Shown piece by piece: positions 9,280 through 19,134 of a stretch of DNA of 64,000 nt. The notes under the pieces were generated by a model, which was given only the letters and a program-made list of their open reading frames with translations, had not been told where the DNA came from and made no database searches. Both the position numbers and the translations under genes were made by a program. The stretch's first letter is position 1. Each line of letters starts with the position of its first letter. Source of the DNA: an uncultured Bacteroidaceae bacterium (lineage in GTDB: Bacteria > CAIWAD01); contig CAYFPS010000011.1 of NCBI GenBank assembly GCA_964345075.1, positions 13,156 through 77,155 of the forward strand. Direction: 5' to 3'.

Positions 9280-11210
9280 GCGCTCCGCGCGGGGGCATCA
9301 AGCGACTGCCCGAGGATCTGATCAACAAGATTGCCGCTGGTGAAGTCATCGAACGCCCGGCCTCTGTGGTCAAGGAGCTGGTTGAAAACAGTCTGGATGC
9401 TGGTGCCACACGAATTGAAGTGGCTGTGGAAGCGGGCGGAAAGAACTTCATTCAGGTTCTGGACAATGGATCGGGCATGAGCCCGGAGGATGCCGGACTT
9501 GCGCTGGAGCGACACGCTACCAGCAAGCTGGATTCGCTGGAAGGCCTTGAACATGTCCTGACCATGGGCTTTCGCGGAGAGGCGCTGCCCACCATTGCTG
9601 CCGTCAGCCGGTTTGAACTGCGGACACGCCGCAAGCAGGATGCAGAGGGGCTGCAGATCTGGGTGGCCGATGGCGTGATACAGGAGCAGGCTCCCTGGAC
9701 AGGGCCCGCCGGAACGCGCATCATCGCCCGCAATCTGTTTTTTTCAACGCCTGCCAGGCGCAAGTTCCTTTCGACCAACCGCAGCGAGATGAAACACATC
9801 CTGCAGGTGCTAAGGCGCATCGCGCTGGCCAATCCCCACGTGCACATTCAGCTGATTTCTGACGGACAGGAAGTGGGTGACTGGACAGCGACGGATCTGG
9901 CCGGCCGCATCTCCCAGCTATTTGGCGAAGAGCGGCTGCATCAGTTGCTTGAAGTCAATCTCTTTGAAGGCGGCGTTCGTGTCCGCGGATACGCAGGCAA
10001 AATCAACACCTTCAAGCGCGGTTATGGTGATCAGTACCTCTTCGTCAACGGCAGGCCGATCACGAGCCGCATGATCAACCATGCGATCTTTTCGGCCTAC
10101 GGACACACCTTGCAGCGCGAGCAGGTGCCCTTCTATGTGATCTTCCTCGAACTTGATCCGCGCGTGCTGGATGTCAATGTGCATCCGGCCAAGCGTGAAG
10201 TTCGCTTCGAGGACGAGCGCTTCATTCACAAGGTGGTGGGCGGAGCCGTCAGACTTGCCATGAGTCGCGAACCTGTGATCAACCTCGACCTGAATCGTGC
10301 GCCTTCCGCTGATGCACCCGCTCCGGCAGACGAAGCGCGACAGGCCTTTCCCGCAGGATCGGGCCTTTTCGCTGAATCATCCGGATCACGGGAAGATGCC
10401 CCCCAGCGCAGCTGGACGCGCCAGGAGCGCTTGTTCAGTGGTTCGGCCATGTCACACGAAGGTCCGCGCGAGCTGATGGACAGTGCACGACTGGCCCGGG
10501 AGCGCTTTTCGCCTGCCGATGATCGTCCCTGGCCAACGACAACTGGCAGTGCGCGCCTTGATTATGCCGAAGAGGCGGAACCTGGTAGCGAAATTGTGGC
10601 CTTCCATGAATTAGCGCCTCTGCTGTTGGCCGATGACGAAGGCCGCCGGCCGACACCCATTCTGCAATTTCAGAACACCTACCTCTTTGCCCCCGTGCAG
10701 AGCGGCATGCTGATTATTGACCAGCATGTAGCACACGAACGGATTCTCTACGAACGTTGCCTGCGGGTCCTCGAACAGCAGCGCGGCAACAGCCAGCGCC
10801 TGCTTTTTCCTCATGCTCTGGATCTGGACGAGCAGGATCAACTGGTCTTTGAGGAAGTCCTCGATCAACTGCTGGCGCTGGGTTTTGAAATGGAGATGGA
10901 AAATGGCCAGCCTGTGCTGACCGGAATTCCAGTCGAGCTCTCGGACGTACATCCCGAAGATCTGGTCCCGGAAATTCTGTCCCAGTTCCGCGTATACGCT
11001 GGCAGTCTGGCCGAGCCCGCTCAGGCTCTGGCCGCTTCGGTGGCCTGCAAGGCAGCGATCAAGGCCGGGCAGCCGCTCAAGCAGGAAGAGATGCGTCGCC
11101 TGCTGGCTGATCTTTTTGCCTGTGAACAGCCCTTCACCTGTCCCCATGGTCGTCCGGTCGTGATACAACTTGGCCTGAAGGAACTACATCGCCGCTTCGA
11201 GCGGGCTTGA
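9276..11210 (+). CDS. mutL: DNA mismatch repair protein MutL
   Basis: N-terminal GHKL ATPase motifs (LINKIAAGEVIERPASVVKELVENSLDAGAT). C-terminal dimerisation domain with a QPFTCPHGRP-type endonuclease-family motif. Confidence 0.9.
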   Translation: MSAPRGGIKRLPEDLINKIAAGEVIERPASVVKELVENSLDAGATRIEVAVEAGGKNFIQVLDNGSGMSPEDAGLALERHATSKLDSLEGLEHVLTMGFRGEALPTIAAVSRFELRTRRKQDAEGLQIWVADGVIQEQAPWTGPAGTRIIARNLFFSTPARRKFLSTNRSEMKHILQVLRRIALANPHVHIQLISDGQEVGDWTATDLAGRISQLFGEERLHQLLEVNLFEGGVRVRGYAGKINTFKRGYGDQYLFVNGRPITSRMINHAIFSAYGHTLQREQVPFYVIFLELDPRVLDVNVHPAKREVRFEDERFIHKVVGGAVRLAMSREPVINLDLNRAPSADAPAPADEARQAFPAGSGLFAESSGSREDAPQRSWTRQERLFSGSAMSHEGPRELMDSARLARERFSPADDRPWPTTTGSARLDYAEEAEPGSEIVAFHELAPLLLADDEGRRPTPILQFQNTYLFAPVQSGMLIIDQHVAHERILYERCLRVLEQQRGNSQRLLFPHALDLDEQDQLVFEEVLDQLLALGFEMEMENGQPVLTGIPVELSDVHPEDLVPEILSQFRVYAGSLAEPAQALAASVACKAAIKAGQPLKQEEMRRLLADLFACEQPFTCPHGRPVVIQLGLKELHRRFERA

Positions 11211-12172
11211 TCGTGTCCGCGGCACCGCCCATCCTGCCGATTCTTACCGGTCCAACCGCTTCAGGCAAGACCGCGCTGGCAATTGAAGTTGCTCAAAAGC
11301 TGGGCCTGGAGATCCTGAGTGGGGACAGTCGCCAGGTTTACCAAGGGCTTGAAGTCGCAACCGCTGCCCCGTCGCCTGAAGAGCTGGCCAGCGTGCCGCA
11401 TCACCTGATCTCCCATGTATCACCCTTTGAGGAGTACAGCGCCGGGCGCTTCTGCCGGGAGGCGCGCGCCGTGCTGGGGCTGCCCGAAGAAGGTGCTTCG
11501 CCCGCTTCCGACCTTCCCGAGCGCCTGCCCTACCTGGTCTGCGGAGGAAGCGGCTTTTACCTTCGAGCCTTTCTTGATCCTGTTCATCCTGATCTTGGAT
11601 CACGACCCGAACTGCGCGACAAGGTAAAGGCACTTGGCCAGCAGCTGGGGGATGAGGGTCTTAGGGCCGAGCTACTTCGTCTGGATCCGGAGGCTGAATG
11701 GATTCCGGCTGCCGATCGCACAAAAATCGAGCGCTATCTGGAAATCAGTCTGGCCAGCGGCATGCCTGCCAGCAGGGCCATGCGGGAGCTGATCTTGCCG
11801 CGGCCTGTAACACCGCGCATCTTTGCCCTGCATGCTCCCATCAACTGGCTTTCCAGTCGCATTCGCAAGCGGGCCTGGTGGATGCTCAGGCATGGCATGG
11901 TAGAGGAGATACAGCGCGCGCTTGAGGCGGGTGTATCACCTGAAGGCAACGCGCTGAAAAGCGTTGGCGTCAAGGAAGTGCGGCAGCTGCTGGATGGCCG
12001 GGCTGACCTGCCCTTCTGTCAGGAGCTGCTTTCACGCAGCACGCGCCAGTACGCCAAGAAGCAGCTCACCTGGATTCGTTCAATGGCCATCAAGGAAGAA
12101 CTGGTGCTGCTGGATGCGAGCCAGCCAATGGAGCTGCTTGTCACACAGATCGTCGAAGGTCTGAAGCTATGA
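11207..12172 (+). CDS. miaA: tRNA dimethylallyltransferase MiaA
   Basis: P-loop LTGPTASGKTALAIEVA followed by DSRQVYQGLEVATAAP. mutL-miaA synteny as in many bacteria. Confidence 0.85.
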   Translation: MIVSAAPPILPILTGPTASGKTALAIEVAQKLGLEILSGDSRQVYQGLEVATAAPSPEELASVPHHLISHVSPFEEYSAGRFCREARAVLGLPEEGASPASDLPERLPYLVCGGSGFYLRAFLDPVHPDLGSRPELRDKVKALGQQLGDEGLRAELLRLDPEAEWIPAADRTKIERYLEISLASGMPASRAMRELILPRPVTPRIFALHAPINWLSSRIRKRAWWMLRHGMVEEIQRALEAGVSPEGNALKSVGVKEVRQLLDGRADLPFCQELLSRSTRQYAKKQLTWIRSMAIKEELVLLDASQPMELLVTQIVEGLKL

Positions 12173-14394
12173 TCTACTTCCTTGCGTTGCTGCTATTTGT
12201 GCCCTTTTCCGACGCGCGCCTGCCGGCTGATCGTGTAACACAGGCAGGGGCCTTTCAGCTGGAGCTTGCGCTGGAAGATGCGGCCCTTCACAGCGAGCGT
12301 GCCTGGCTGCTGGAGTGGCTGGGTGAGGGTACTCCGCCTCGCGAGGCGGGGATTCGCTGGCGTGGCCAGAAGCTGGCCGTGTACCGTGGAAGCCCTGATG
12401 CCCTGGCAGAATGGCTTGAAGAACACGACTCGTGGCGTCTACAGCCAAACAATCGCCTCGAGCCTTCTCTGGATCTTGCCCTGCCACTTACAGCTGTCGA
12501 TCAGATCCATCTAAACAGCAGCGGGCTGGGGCAGGCTTATACTGGCCGCGGCGTGCTGATCGGACTGATTGACTCAGGCATCGACGTGATGCATGGCGAT
12601 TTCTGGGAGGGTGAAGAGTGCCGGATTATGGCTCTTTGGGATCAGAATGCCGATCGCTACTGGACGAAAGCTGATATTGAGGCAGGCCGTGTAACACAGC
12701 GGGATGCCAATGGACACGGGACCCATGTGGCCGGGATTGCTGCAGGGAATGGTCTTAGTGCGGGAGGAAGCGTCGCCGGTGGGCCTTTCATTGGCCACGC
12801 ACCGGAAGCATCCATTGCCATGGTGGCCGGAAGCCTCTTTGAAAGTGACATCCTGGAGGGCGCCGAGTGGATCTTCAGTCAGGCCGAAGCGCTGGGCATG
12901 CCCTGTGTCCTCAACCTCAGTCTGGAAAGCCATCTGGGTGCCCATGACGGCAGCAGCCTGTTTGAAGAAGAGCTGGAAGCAATGAGCGGGCCGGGGCGCA
13001 TGATCGTCTGCGCTGCCGGCAACACGGCGGAAGACGGCCGTCACACTTTGCTCGAGAATAGCCTGCCGCTGAACCTGCTGCCCTTTGCGAGCACGGAGGG
13101 GGAAGACCTCTTCATCGACTGCTGGATCGAAGGCGATGGCAGCACCGTGGCCGAGCTGCTTCTGCCCGATGGCAGCACGCTTCTGCCCAGCACAGGCAGT
13201 GTGCAGCGGGCCGGCTGGCGCATTTCCTTTTCAGGTCCTGAGAGTGCCGGTGGCAAAACACGCGTGCTGATCCTGCTTGGCGAAGGCCGCGCGGGGGACT
13301 CCTTTGAGCTGTGTTTATCACACAATTCGGTGGCTCCCCGCACGGTTCATGCCTGGTCCCGTGGCGCTGCTTTTGCCAATCCATCAGGCGACTACACGGT
13401 GGGAATTCCGGCAACCGGCGACAGCATGCTGGTGGCAGGCTCCTACGTCCACCGCAGCAGCTGGACGGACGCTTCAGGCAGCAGCTGGTATTACCCGAAT
13501 GAAGTCACTGGTCAGGCCAGCAGCTTTTCGGCAGTGGGTCCGCGAGTTGATGGACGCGAGATACCTCACCTGCTGATGCCGGGCCAGGGTGTCTTCAGCA
13601 GCCTGAGCCACGACCTGGCCGACATGGATGCCTATGCATCACGCCTGCACGCCGATGGCCAGCACCTGCTGCTGCAGGGGACAAGCATGGCCTCACCCGC
13701 GCTGGCTGGCTTGATTGCCCTATGTCTTGAGCGCAAGTCAGATCTTGGTCCTTCACAGCTGGATGCCCTGCTGCGTGATACAAGCCTGCATCCATGGCAC
13801 GAGAAGCGCGGACACGGGCTGCCCGATGCGCGGATTCTGCTTGCAGCAATTGAAAGCTGGTTCCTTGCCTTTGAGCTTGAGCCGGGCTTTGATGCAATGG
13901 GCATCCGCTGGCAACTGGCAACAGGCTTGCCCGGCGGCACGCAGCTACTGAAGCGCCTGCGCGGGGAAGCAGACGAGCTGGTTGCCCAGTTTGATGCATC
14001 AGCAGGAGAACGGTCCTGGCAGGACGAAGGACTGCTTCCGGGCGAAAGTGTCCGCTATCAACTGATCCTGCTGGATGAGCTGGGCGCGGTACAGGCCACG
14101 CGCGAAAGTGAAAGCACCAGCCTGCTGCAGAGCAGGGGCCTCAGCATCAGCAGGCTGCATCCCAACCCCTTTGCTGCTGGTCCCGTCTATCTGGAACTCC
14201 TGTCCGAAAAGTCCGGTGAAGCAAACTGGCGTATTGTCAACCTGCGCGGCGCACGTCTTGCAGGCGGAAGCTGCTATCTTGAGCGGGGACAAAACCAGCT
14301 TGTGATACAAACGGGAGCGCTTGCGAGCGGAACCTGTCTGTTTGTGATCAGGCAGGGAGATCAACAGGCCAGCATGGCCCTGACAAGGCGATAG
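12169..14394 (+). CDS. S8 family subtilisin-like serine peptidase with T9SS-like C-terminal domain
   Basis: Catalytic triad motifs GLIDSGIDVMHGDF (Asp), HGTHVAGIAAG (His) and GTSMASPALAGL (Ser). The C-terminal ~85 aa contain LHPNPF..G.Y, resembling the Por_Secre_tail sorting domain. Confidence 0.8.
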   Translation: MIYFLALLLFVPFSDARLPADRVTQAGAFQLELALEDAALHSERAWLLEWLGEGTPPREAGIRWRGQKLAVYRGSPDALAEWLEEHDSWRLQPNNRLEPSLDLALPLTAVDQIHLNSSGLGQAYTGRGVLIGLIDSGIDVMHGDFWEGEECRIMALWDQNADRYWTKADIEAGRVTQRDANGHGTHVAGIAAGNGLSAGGSVAGGPFIGHAPEASIAMVAGSLFESDILEGAEWIFSQAEALGMPCVLNLSLESHLGAHDGSSLFEEELEAMSGPGRMIVCAAGNTAEDGRHTLLENSLPLNLLPFASTEGEDLFIDCWIEGDGSTVAELLLPDGSTLLPSTGSVQRAGWRISFSGPESAGGKTRVLILLGEGRAGDSFELCLSHNSVAPRTVHAWSRGAAFANPSGDYTVGIPATGDSMLVAGSYVHRSSWTDASGSSWYYPNEVTGQASSFSAVGPRVDGREIPHLLMPGQGVFSSLSHDLADMDAYASRLHADGQHLLLQGTSMASPALAGLIALCLERKSDLGPSQLDALLRDTSLHPWHEKRGHGLPDARILLAAIESWFLAFELEPGFDAMGIRWQLATGLPGGTQLLKRLRGEADELVAQFDASAGERSWQDEGLLPGESVRYQLILLDELGAVQATRESESTSLLQSRGLSISRLHPNPFAAGPVYLELLSEKSGEANWRIVNLRGARLAGGSCYLERGQNQLVIQTGALASGTCLFVIRQGDQQASMALTRR

Positions 14395-14395
14395 A

Positions 14396-15571
14396 ATGAG
14401 CTTTTTGCAGGAGTATCACCCGGACAGTCGCTCGCGTTTTCCATTAAGGCCAACGCGTGTGATCGTCCATCAGGCAGCGCTTAAGCGTAATCTGCAACTT
14501 CTGGCCGCCGCCACCGGGCGTGATCCTTCCAGCCTGATGCCTGTGGTCAAGGCGAACGGTTACGGCCACGGTATCCTCAACGCTGCCCGCAGCTTCCTCG
14601 ATGCGGGGGCGGGCATGCTGGCTGTCGGTTTTGTGGAAGAGGGCATTCACTTGCGCCGCGAAGGCATTGACTGCCCGATCCTGGTGCTGGGCGGCCTGGT
14701 TGCCGAGCAGATTCCGCTCTTCCTTGATTACGACTTGCAGGTGACGGTCAGCAGCCTGCGCAAGGCCGAGCAGGTTGAAGGCCTTGTCAGTGTTTTTGCG
14801 CCGGGCGCCCGCCTCGCCGTTCATCTGAAGGTGGACTGCGACATGGAACGCATCGGTGTGCATGTGGCTGGGGCGGGGGCTTTTGTGCGTAGCGTTGCAG
14901 CCATGTCACACATTCATATTGCCGGCATTTACAGTCATTTCGCCATGGCTGATGCCGGAGCGGAAGAAGCCATTCGCCAGCCACTGGAGCGCTTTCTTCA
15001 GCTGAAGCGCGAGCTGCCGGAGGGCCTGTTGCCCGCCGATTGCCGCTGGCACATGGCCAATTCCGCCGCAGCCATCAGGCTACCGGAAAGCAGACTGGAC
15101 ATGTTGCGTCCTGGTATGCAACTCTATGGTATTGATCCGGCCGGGGATGAAAAGCGAAATCTTCTGCCGGGTAGCCAACCTGCCCTTAGCTGGCTTAGCT
15201 CGGTGGTTTATTTCAAGGTTGTGCCTGCCGGCGCGGGAATCAGCTACGGCCATTTGTATCACACCACGCGCCAGACACGCATTGTGACAGTGCCGGTTGG
15301 CTATGGCGATGGTTATGCACGGGCCATGACTGGCAAGGCGGAAGTGCTGATTCGAGGCAGGCGATATCCGGTTGTCGGTGCTATCTGCATGGATCAGTTG
15401 ATGGTGGATATCGGCCCCGATGGCACCGCCTACAATGGTGATGAAGTTGTCCTCATCGGCCGTCAGGGGGAAGAGCAGATTCGCGTGGAAGATCTGGCCC
15501 GCTGGCAAAACACCATTCCTTATGAGATCCTGACCTCAATTGCCGAGCGAGTTCCCCGTGAAGTGGACTAG
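14396..15571 (+). CDS. alr: Alanine racemase
   Basis: PLP-binding motif VVKANGYGHG and the C-terminal beta domain. Confidence 0.85.
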   Translation: MSFLQEYHPDSRSRFPLRPTRVIVHQAALKRNLQLLAAATGRDPSSLMPVVKANGYGHGILNAARSFLDAGAGMLAVGFVEEGIHLRREGIDCPILVLGGLVAEQIPLFLDYDLQVTVSSLRKAEQVEGLVSVFAPGARLAVHLKVDCDMERIGVHVAGAGAFVRSVAAMSHIHIAGIYSHFAMADAGAEEAIRQPLERFLQLKRELPEGLLPADCRWHMANSAAAIRLPESRLDMLRPGMQLYGIDPAGDEKRNLLPGSQPALSWLSSVVYFKVVPAGAGISYGHLYHTTRQTRIVTVPVGYGDGYARAMTGKAEVLIRGRRYPVVGAICMDQLMVDIGPDGTAYNGDEVVLIGRQGEEQIRVEDLARWQNTIPYEILTSIAERVPREVD

Positions 15572-15970
15572 TTCCTGATTTTCAGCTACTGACTTCCGCT
15601 TTTTAGACAGTGTCTGCTTTTGACCTTCCGGGAAGGCTTCAAGAGGCAGATTCACGCGATAACGCACATATTACAGTATGCACTTGTCTTGAATACCATA
15701 CAATAACAGCTCCATGTGGCCGCATACGATCCTTTTCTGTGAGAAAACCAAGAAACAGGCGTGTAAAAAAGCTCATACACCACAACCGTGGCGAAGCTCG
15801 AATGAAAGCTCATTCAGGAATCGACCATGAATTGTGTCAGATCCTTGACAAAATGGCCTGTCTGAAGGGCCTTACTGTTAGACTTTTTTACGAACCTGTA
15901 AAAAGATCTGGACTCATTGCCCTCATCCACCTAGATTGTCCGCCAACGAAACAAAGCCTCGGAGGGCCTT

Positions 15971-16255
15971 ATGTCGCGAATTCTTCAACTTACTCTGCTG
16001 CTCGGGCTGGTTGCCAGTCTGAACGCGGACTTCAGTGCCGGAAGCGACGACGACGACCTGCAGCCCGGCGACAGCGGCAAGCCCGTTATCGTCAATCCTA
16101 TTCCGGGTGTGGTCGAAAATCCGTGGCGTCTTGATGATCCGGACATTGTCGTGGACGATGACGAACCTTCAGACGAAGACGAGGGACTGGTTTACACCAA
16201 GCGCTACTTCATGGCGCCCTGGTCGACGCCTTCTGCCAAGGCGATTTCGAACTAG
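15971..16255 (+). CDS. Small acidic secreted protein, hypothetical
   Basis: Signal peptide MSRILQLTLLLGLVASLNA followed by Asp/Glu-rich sequence. Lies in a locally AT-rich stretch. Confidence 0.4.
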   Translation: MSRILQLTLLLGLVASLNADFSAGSDDDDLQPGDSGKPVIVNPIPGVVENPWRLDDPDIVVDDDEPSDEDEGLVYTKRYFMAPWSTPSAKAISN

Positions 16256-16291
16256 TTTCCTTATCCCCTCTCTCTGGAGACCTGATCTCAC

Positions 16292-18334
16292 ATGAAATGT
16301 CTTCGATACAATACGGGCTTCTTTGAGCACTCCGCTGGCTGGCGCCTCTTTGAGGATCGTCAGTTCAGAAAGGCGCTCGAGCACTTCGAAAGCGAGATCC
16401 AGAAGAGTCAGGATCGCCGCGATCGCGAGTTTGCCCGCTTCTACGCTGCCAAGTGCTGCTATGTGCTGGGGCAGTATCCCCGCGCCAAGCGTTATCTGCT
16501 GCTGGCCAACAAATGGGCTGGCAAGAATGAGGAACGCCCGCTGCGCATGGCCTGTGTCTTCACCCTGGCCACGCTTGAAGTTGCCATGGGTAACCACGAA
16601 AAGGGCCTGGGCGTCTATCAGAAATTCCGTCAGCTCTACGAATCGCGACTCGATCCCTACGACCACACACTCCTGCTGCTCAACCTGGCGCTGACCCATG
16701 TCCGTCTCCGCACGCTGGATGAAGCGGCCATGATGCTGGATCAGGCTGAGGAGAAGGCGCGCATCGCCGATGATCGCCACCTGGACATTCATGTTCATTA
16801 CAATCGCGCACTGCTGGCCAACAAGCAGGGACAGGTGGCCGTGGCCCTCGAGCATCTGGAAGCCGGGCTGGCACTGGCCGAGGCGGGTGATGATCCCTAC
16901 GATACGGCCCGCTGCTACTGGCAGCTTGGCAACTACTGGCTGCATCGGGAGAAGTACGACAATGGCCTGAAGGCCCTCAAGAAGGCGATTCGCATTGCCA
17001 AGAAGTCCGGTTTTACCGTGACCGCGGCCAAGTGTCTGAACGACTACGCCTGGACCTATTTCCGCAAAGGCAAGCTGAGCGAAGCCCGCAGCTACGCTGA
17101 AGAGGCAATCCTGATGGGCCGTGAGGCCGGGCAGGACACCAGCCGCTTCATCTCCACGATGGAGCACATCAACGCCCACATCAACGACTTCTACGAGGAA
17201 GAAAAGCTGATCGCCGAACTCGAGCGCGAGAGCGCCCGTGAGTTCGAGTTGGTAGGCTACAGCGATTCCATGGTGCAGCTGACCGATGCGGTCAAGACCT
17301 TTGCCATCTGTAACGACCCCGTGCTGATTTTTGGCGAGACGGGAACGGGCAAGGAACTGGTGGCGCGTGCCGTGCACCTGACATCCATGCGTCGCGACAT
17401 GCCCTTCATCAAGCGAAACTGCGCGGCCATTCCCGAGAACCTGATCGAGAGTGAGCTCTTCGGCCATGTGAAGGGTGCCTTTACCGGCGCAACCATGGAT
17501 CGCAAGGGTATTTTCGAAGAAGCCGACGGTGGAACGCTCTTCCTGGACGAAATTGGTGAAATGCCCCCCAGCCTGCAGTCCAAGCTGCTGCGCGTGCTGG
17601 AGTACGGCGAGTTCTACCGGGTTGGCTCATCGGAGCTGATTCAGGTGAACGTCCGCGTGATCGCGGCGACCAACCGTCATCTGGCCACCGAAGTCAGCAA
17701 GGGGACCTTCCGCGAGGATCTCTTCTTCCGTTTGAATACGGTCAGGCTCGATATTCCGGCGCTGCGTGATCGCAAGGATGATATCAGCGTGCTGGTGAAC
17801 CACTTCCTTTTCGGCCTGAATGAAGAATACGACAAGTATTACAAGGTCCTGAGCGAAGATGCCCTGCATCTGCTGGAGAACTATCACTTCCCCGGTAATG
17901 TGCGCGAGCTGAAGAACATCGTGCGTGCCGCCTACCTTATTTCCAAGGGACGGCAGATTCTGGCCAGCGATATCAGCCGCTTCCTGCAGCAGGGGCTTTC
18001 CACTCCCGCCCAGCGTCCGCTTCCTGCGGTCAATCCAGAGGTTGTGGAGCACGCGCCGCCCGCGGCCGCCTGGAATCCTCCGGCCGAGCCCGAGGCAAGC
18101 ACTGCTTCCAGCGAAGACAACGAAGGCGTCGTGCCTTTTGAAGGCAATGAGCTTTTGGACAGGGTCAGCCTCAAGGAGTACGTCCAGTCCGCCGAGCGTC
18201 GCTACCTGCTGAGTATCCTCAAGCACTGCGACAGCGTGAACAAGGCCTGCAGTGTGCTGAAGATTTCGCGCCCCACCTTCTATCAGAAGTTGAAAGTGCA
18301 CGGTATCAGCCTTTCCAACAAGCGCCTGGTCTGA
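16292..18334 (+). CDS. Sigma-54-dependent transcriptional activator with N-terminal TPR domain
   Basis: AAA+ sigma54-interaction domain ([21 protein letters not shown] in [15 protein letters not shown]). C-terminal Fis-type HTH ([19 protein letters not shown]). The N-terminal ~300 aa are TPR-like repeats, with no receiver or GAF domain. Confidence 0.85.
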   Translation: MKCLRYNTGFFEHSAGWRLFEDRQFRKALEHFESEIQKSQDRRDREFARFYAAKCCYVLGQYPRAKRYLLLANKWAGKNEERPLRMACVFTLATLEVAMGNHEKGLGVYQKFRQLYESRLDPYDHTLLLLNLALTHVRLRTLDEAAMMLDQAEEKARIADDRHLDIHVHYNRALLANKQGQVAVALEHLEAGLALAEAGDDPYDTARCYWQLGNYWLHREKYDNGLKALKKAIRIAKKSGFTVTAAKCLNDYAWTYFRKGKLSEARSYAEEAILMGREAGQDTSRFISTMEHINAHINDFYEEEKLIAELERESAREFELVGYSDSMVQLTDAVKTFAICNDPVLIFGETGTGKELVARAVHLTSMRRDMPFIKRNCAAIPENLIESELFGHVKGAFTGATMDRKGIFEEADGGTLFLDEIGEMPPSLQSKLLRVLEYGEFYRVGSSELIQVNVRVIAATNRHLATEVSKGTFREDLFFRLNTVRLDIPALRDRKDDISVLVNHFLFGLNEEYDKYYKVLSEDALHLLENYHFPGNVRELKNIVRAAYLISKGRQILASDISRFLQQGLSTPAQRPLPAVNPEVVEHAPPAAAWNPPAEPEASTASSEDNEGVVPFEGNELLDRVSLKEYVQSAERRYLLSILKHCDSVNKACSVLKISRPTFYQKLKVHGISLSNKRLV

Positions 18335-18354
18335 GCCATCACGAAGTCAAACAC

Positions 18355-18388
18355 AAAGCGTCCCGATTGGTCGGGACGCTTTTTTTGT
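18355..18388 (+). terminator. Rho-independent terminator after the sigma54 activator gene
   Basis: Hairpin gcgtcccga-ttgg-tcgggacgc followed by TTTTTTTGTT. Confidence 0.75.
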
Positions 18389-18402
18389 TGGTGGGTTTGT
18401 CA

Positions 18403-18478
18403 GGCTGGTCCGACTGCTGGTCCGACCAGTGGTCGGACCAGCAGTCGGAGCAATGGTCGGAGCAATAGTCGGACGAGT
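18403..18478. repeat. 41-bp near-perfect palindrome (18409-18449) within six 12-bp periodic GGTCSGAS repeats
   Basis: tccgactgctggtccgaccaGtggtcggaccagcagtcgga is its own reverse complement except for the central base. The 12-bp periodicity is ggtccgactgct / ggtccgaccagt / ggtcggaccagc / agtcggagcaat / ggtcggagcaat / agtcggacgagt. It lies between convergent genes. Confidence 0.8.
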
Positions 18479-18595
18479 CACCTGTGCTTGACAGACCAAA
18501 GCTGAATGCAGGTCGAACAAGGGAAACAGGCAAAGGAATTTTCTGAGGTATTGGACGAATGGCGAGAGGTGCTGGTCGGACCAGTAGTCCAACAG

Positions 18596-19045
18596 CTATC
18601 TCCCCCTGTTCTTCTCGATATCCCTGCGATCCCGCTTGGTCGGGCGGCCCAGGCCTTTGCGACTGGCCTGCATGGCGCGATCCATCGCCCGCATGGCCCG
18701 CAGGGTCTCAATCTGGTCGGGGCTAAGGTCATCCAGCCGATCGACTTCTTCGCGGACTTCAAGCAGTTCGCGGGCTTCCTGAGCGGGAATGGGCTTGGCG
18801 GCCAGCCCCTTGACGGTTATGTAGAGCCGTCTGGCACCCTTGGTGACTTCAATTTCGTCACCAGGCTTGACCACATGAGAGGCCTTCGCCCGTCGACCTT
18901 CCATCTTGACATGGCCGGCATCCAGGGCTTCGGTCGCCTGACTGCGTGTCTTGTAGACGCGAGCCACCTGTAACCACTTGTCCAGCCGGACGGACAGGCC
19001 GCCTGCCTCAGCAGTCCCTCGGTCGCCATTGTTTGCCCTGGCCAT
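18596..19045 (-). CDS. S4-domain RNA-binding protein (Hsp15/HslR-like, ribosome-associated)
   Basis: S4 motif LDKWLQVARVYKTRSQATEALDAGHVKMEGRRAKASHVVKPGDEIEV. ATG at 19045 preceded by GGGAGG; the track ORF up to 19231 is a 5' extension. Basic C-terminal tail. Confidence 0.7.
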   Translation of the reverse strand: MARANNGDRGTAEAGGLSVRLDKWLQVARVYKTRSQATEALDAGHVKMEGRRAKASHVVKPGDEIEVTKGARRLYITVKGLAAKPIPAQEARELLEVREEVDRLDDLSPDQIETLRAMRAMDRAMQASRKGLGRPTKRDRRDIEKNRGR

Positions 19046-19134
19046 ATGGACCTCCCGCATCCTCTTGCAAAGCTGGAACCTTAGTTCGTCATTCCTGATA
19101 TTGTAAGGCTTCTTTGCAGCAAAATGGAACTCTG

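Noticed and set aside
15610-16134. 174-aa ORF in the AT-rich island
   Set aside because: Arg/Cys/Lys-rich low-complexity translation. It overlaps the better-supported secreted small protein and has no RBS.
16169-17467. 432-aa minus-strand ORF
   Set aside because: Antisense to the sigma54 activator, which has GAFTGA/AAA+ motifs.
18403-18478. Possible CRISPR array
   Set aside because: The repeats are contiguous 12-bp units forming a palindrome. There are no spacers and no cas genes.
18339-18592. Small minus-strand ORFs (64 and 81 aa) with PTIAPTIAPT / SDHWSDQQSD repeats
   Set aside because: They are translations of the 12-bp periodic palindromic DNA repeat, lie between convergent terminators, and have no start context.
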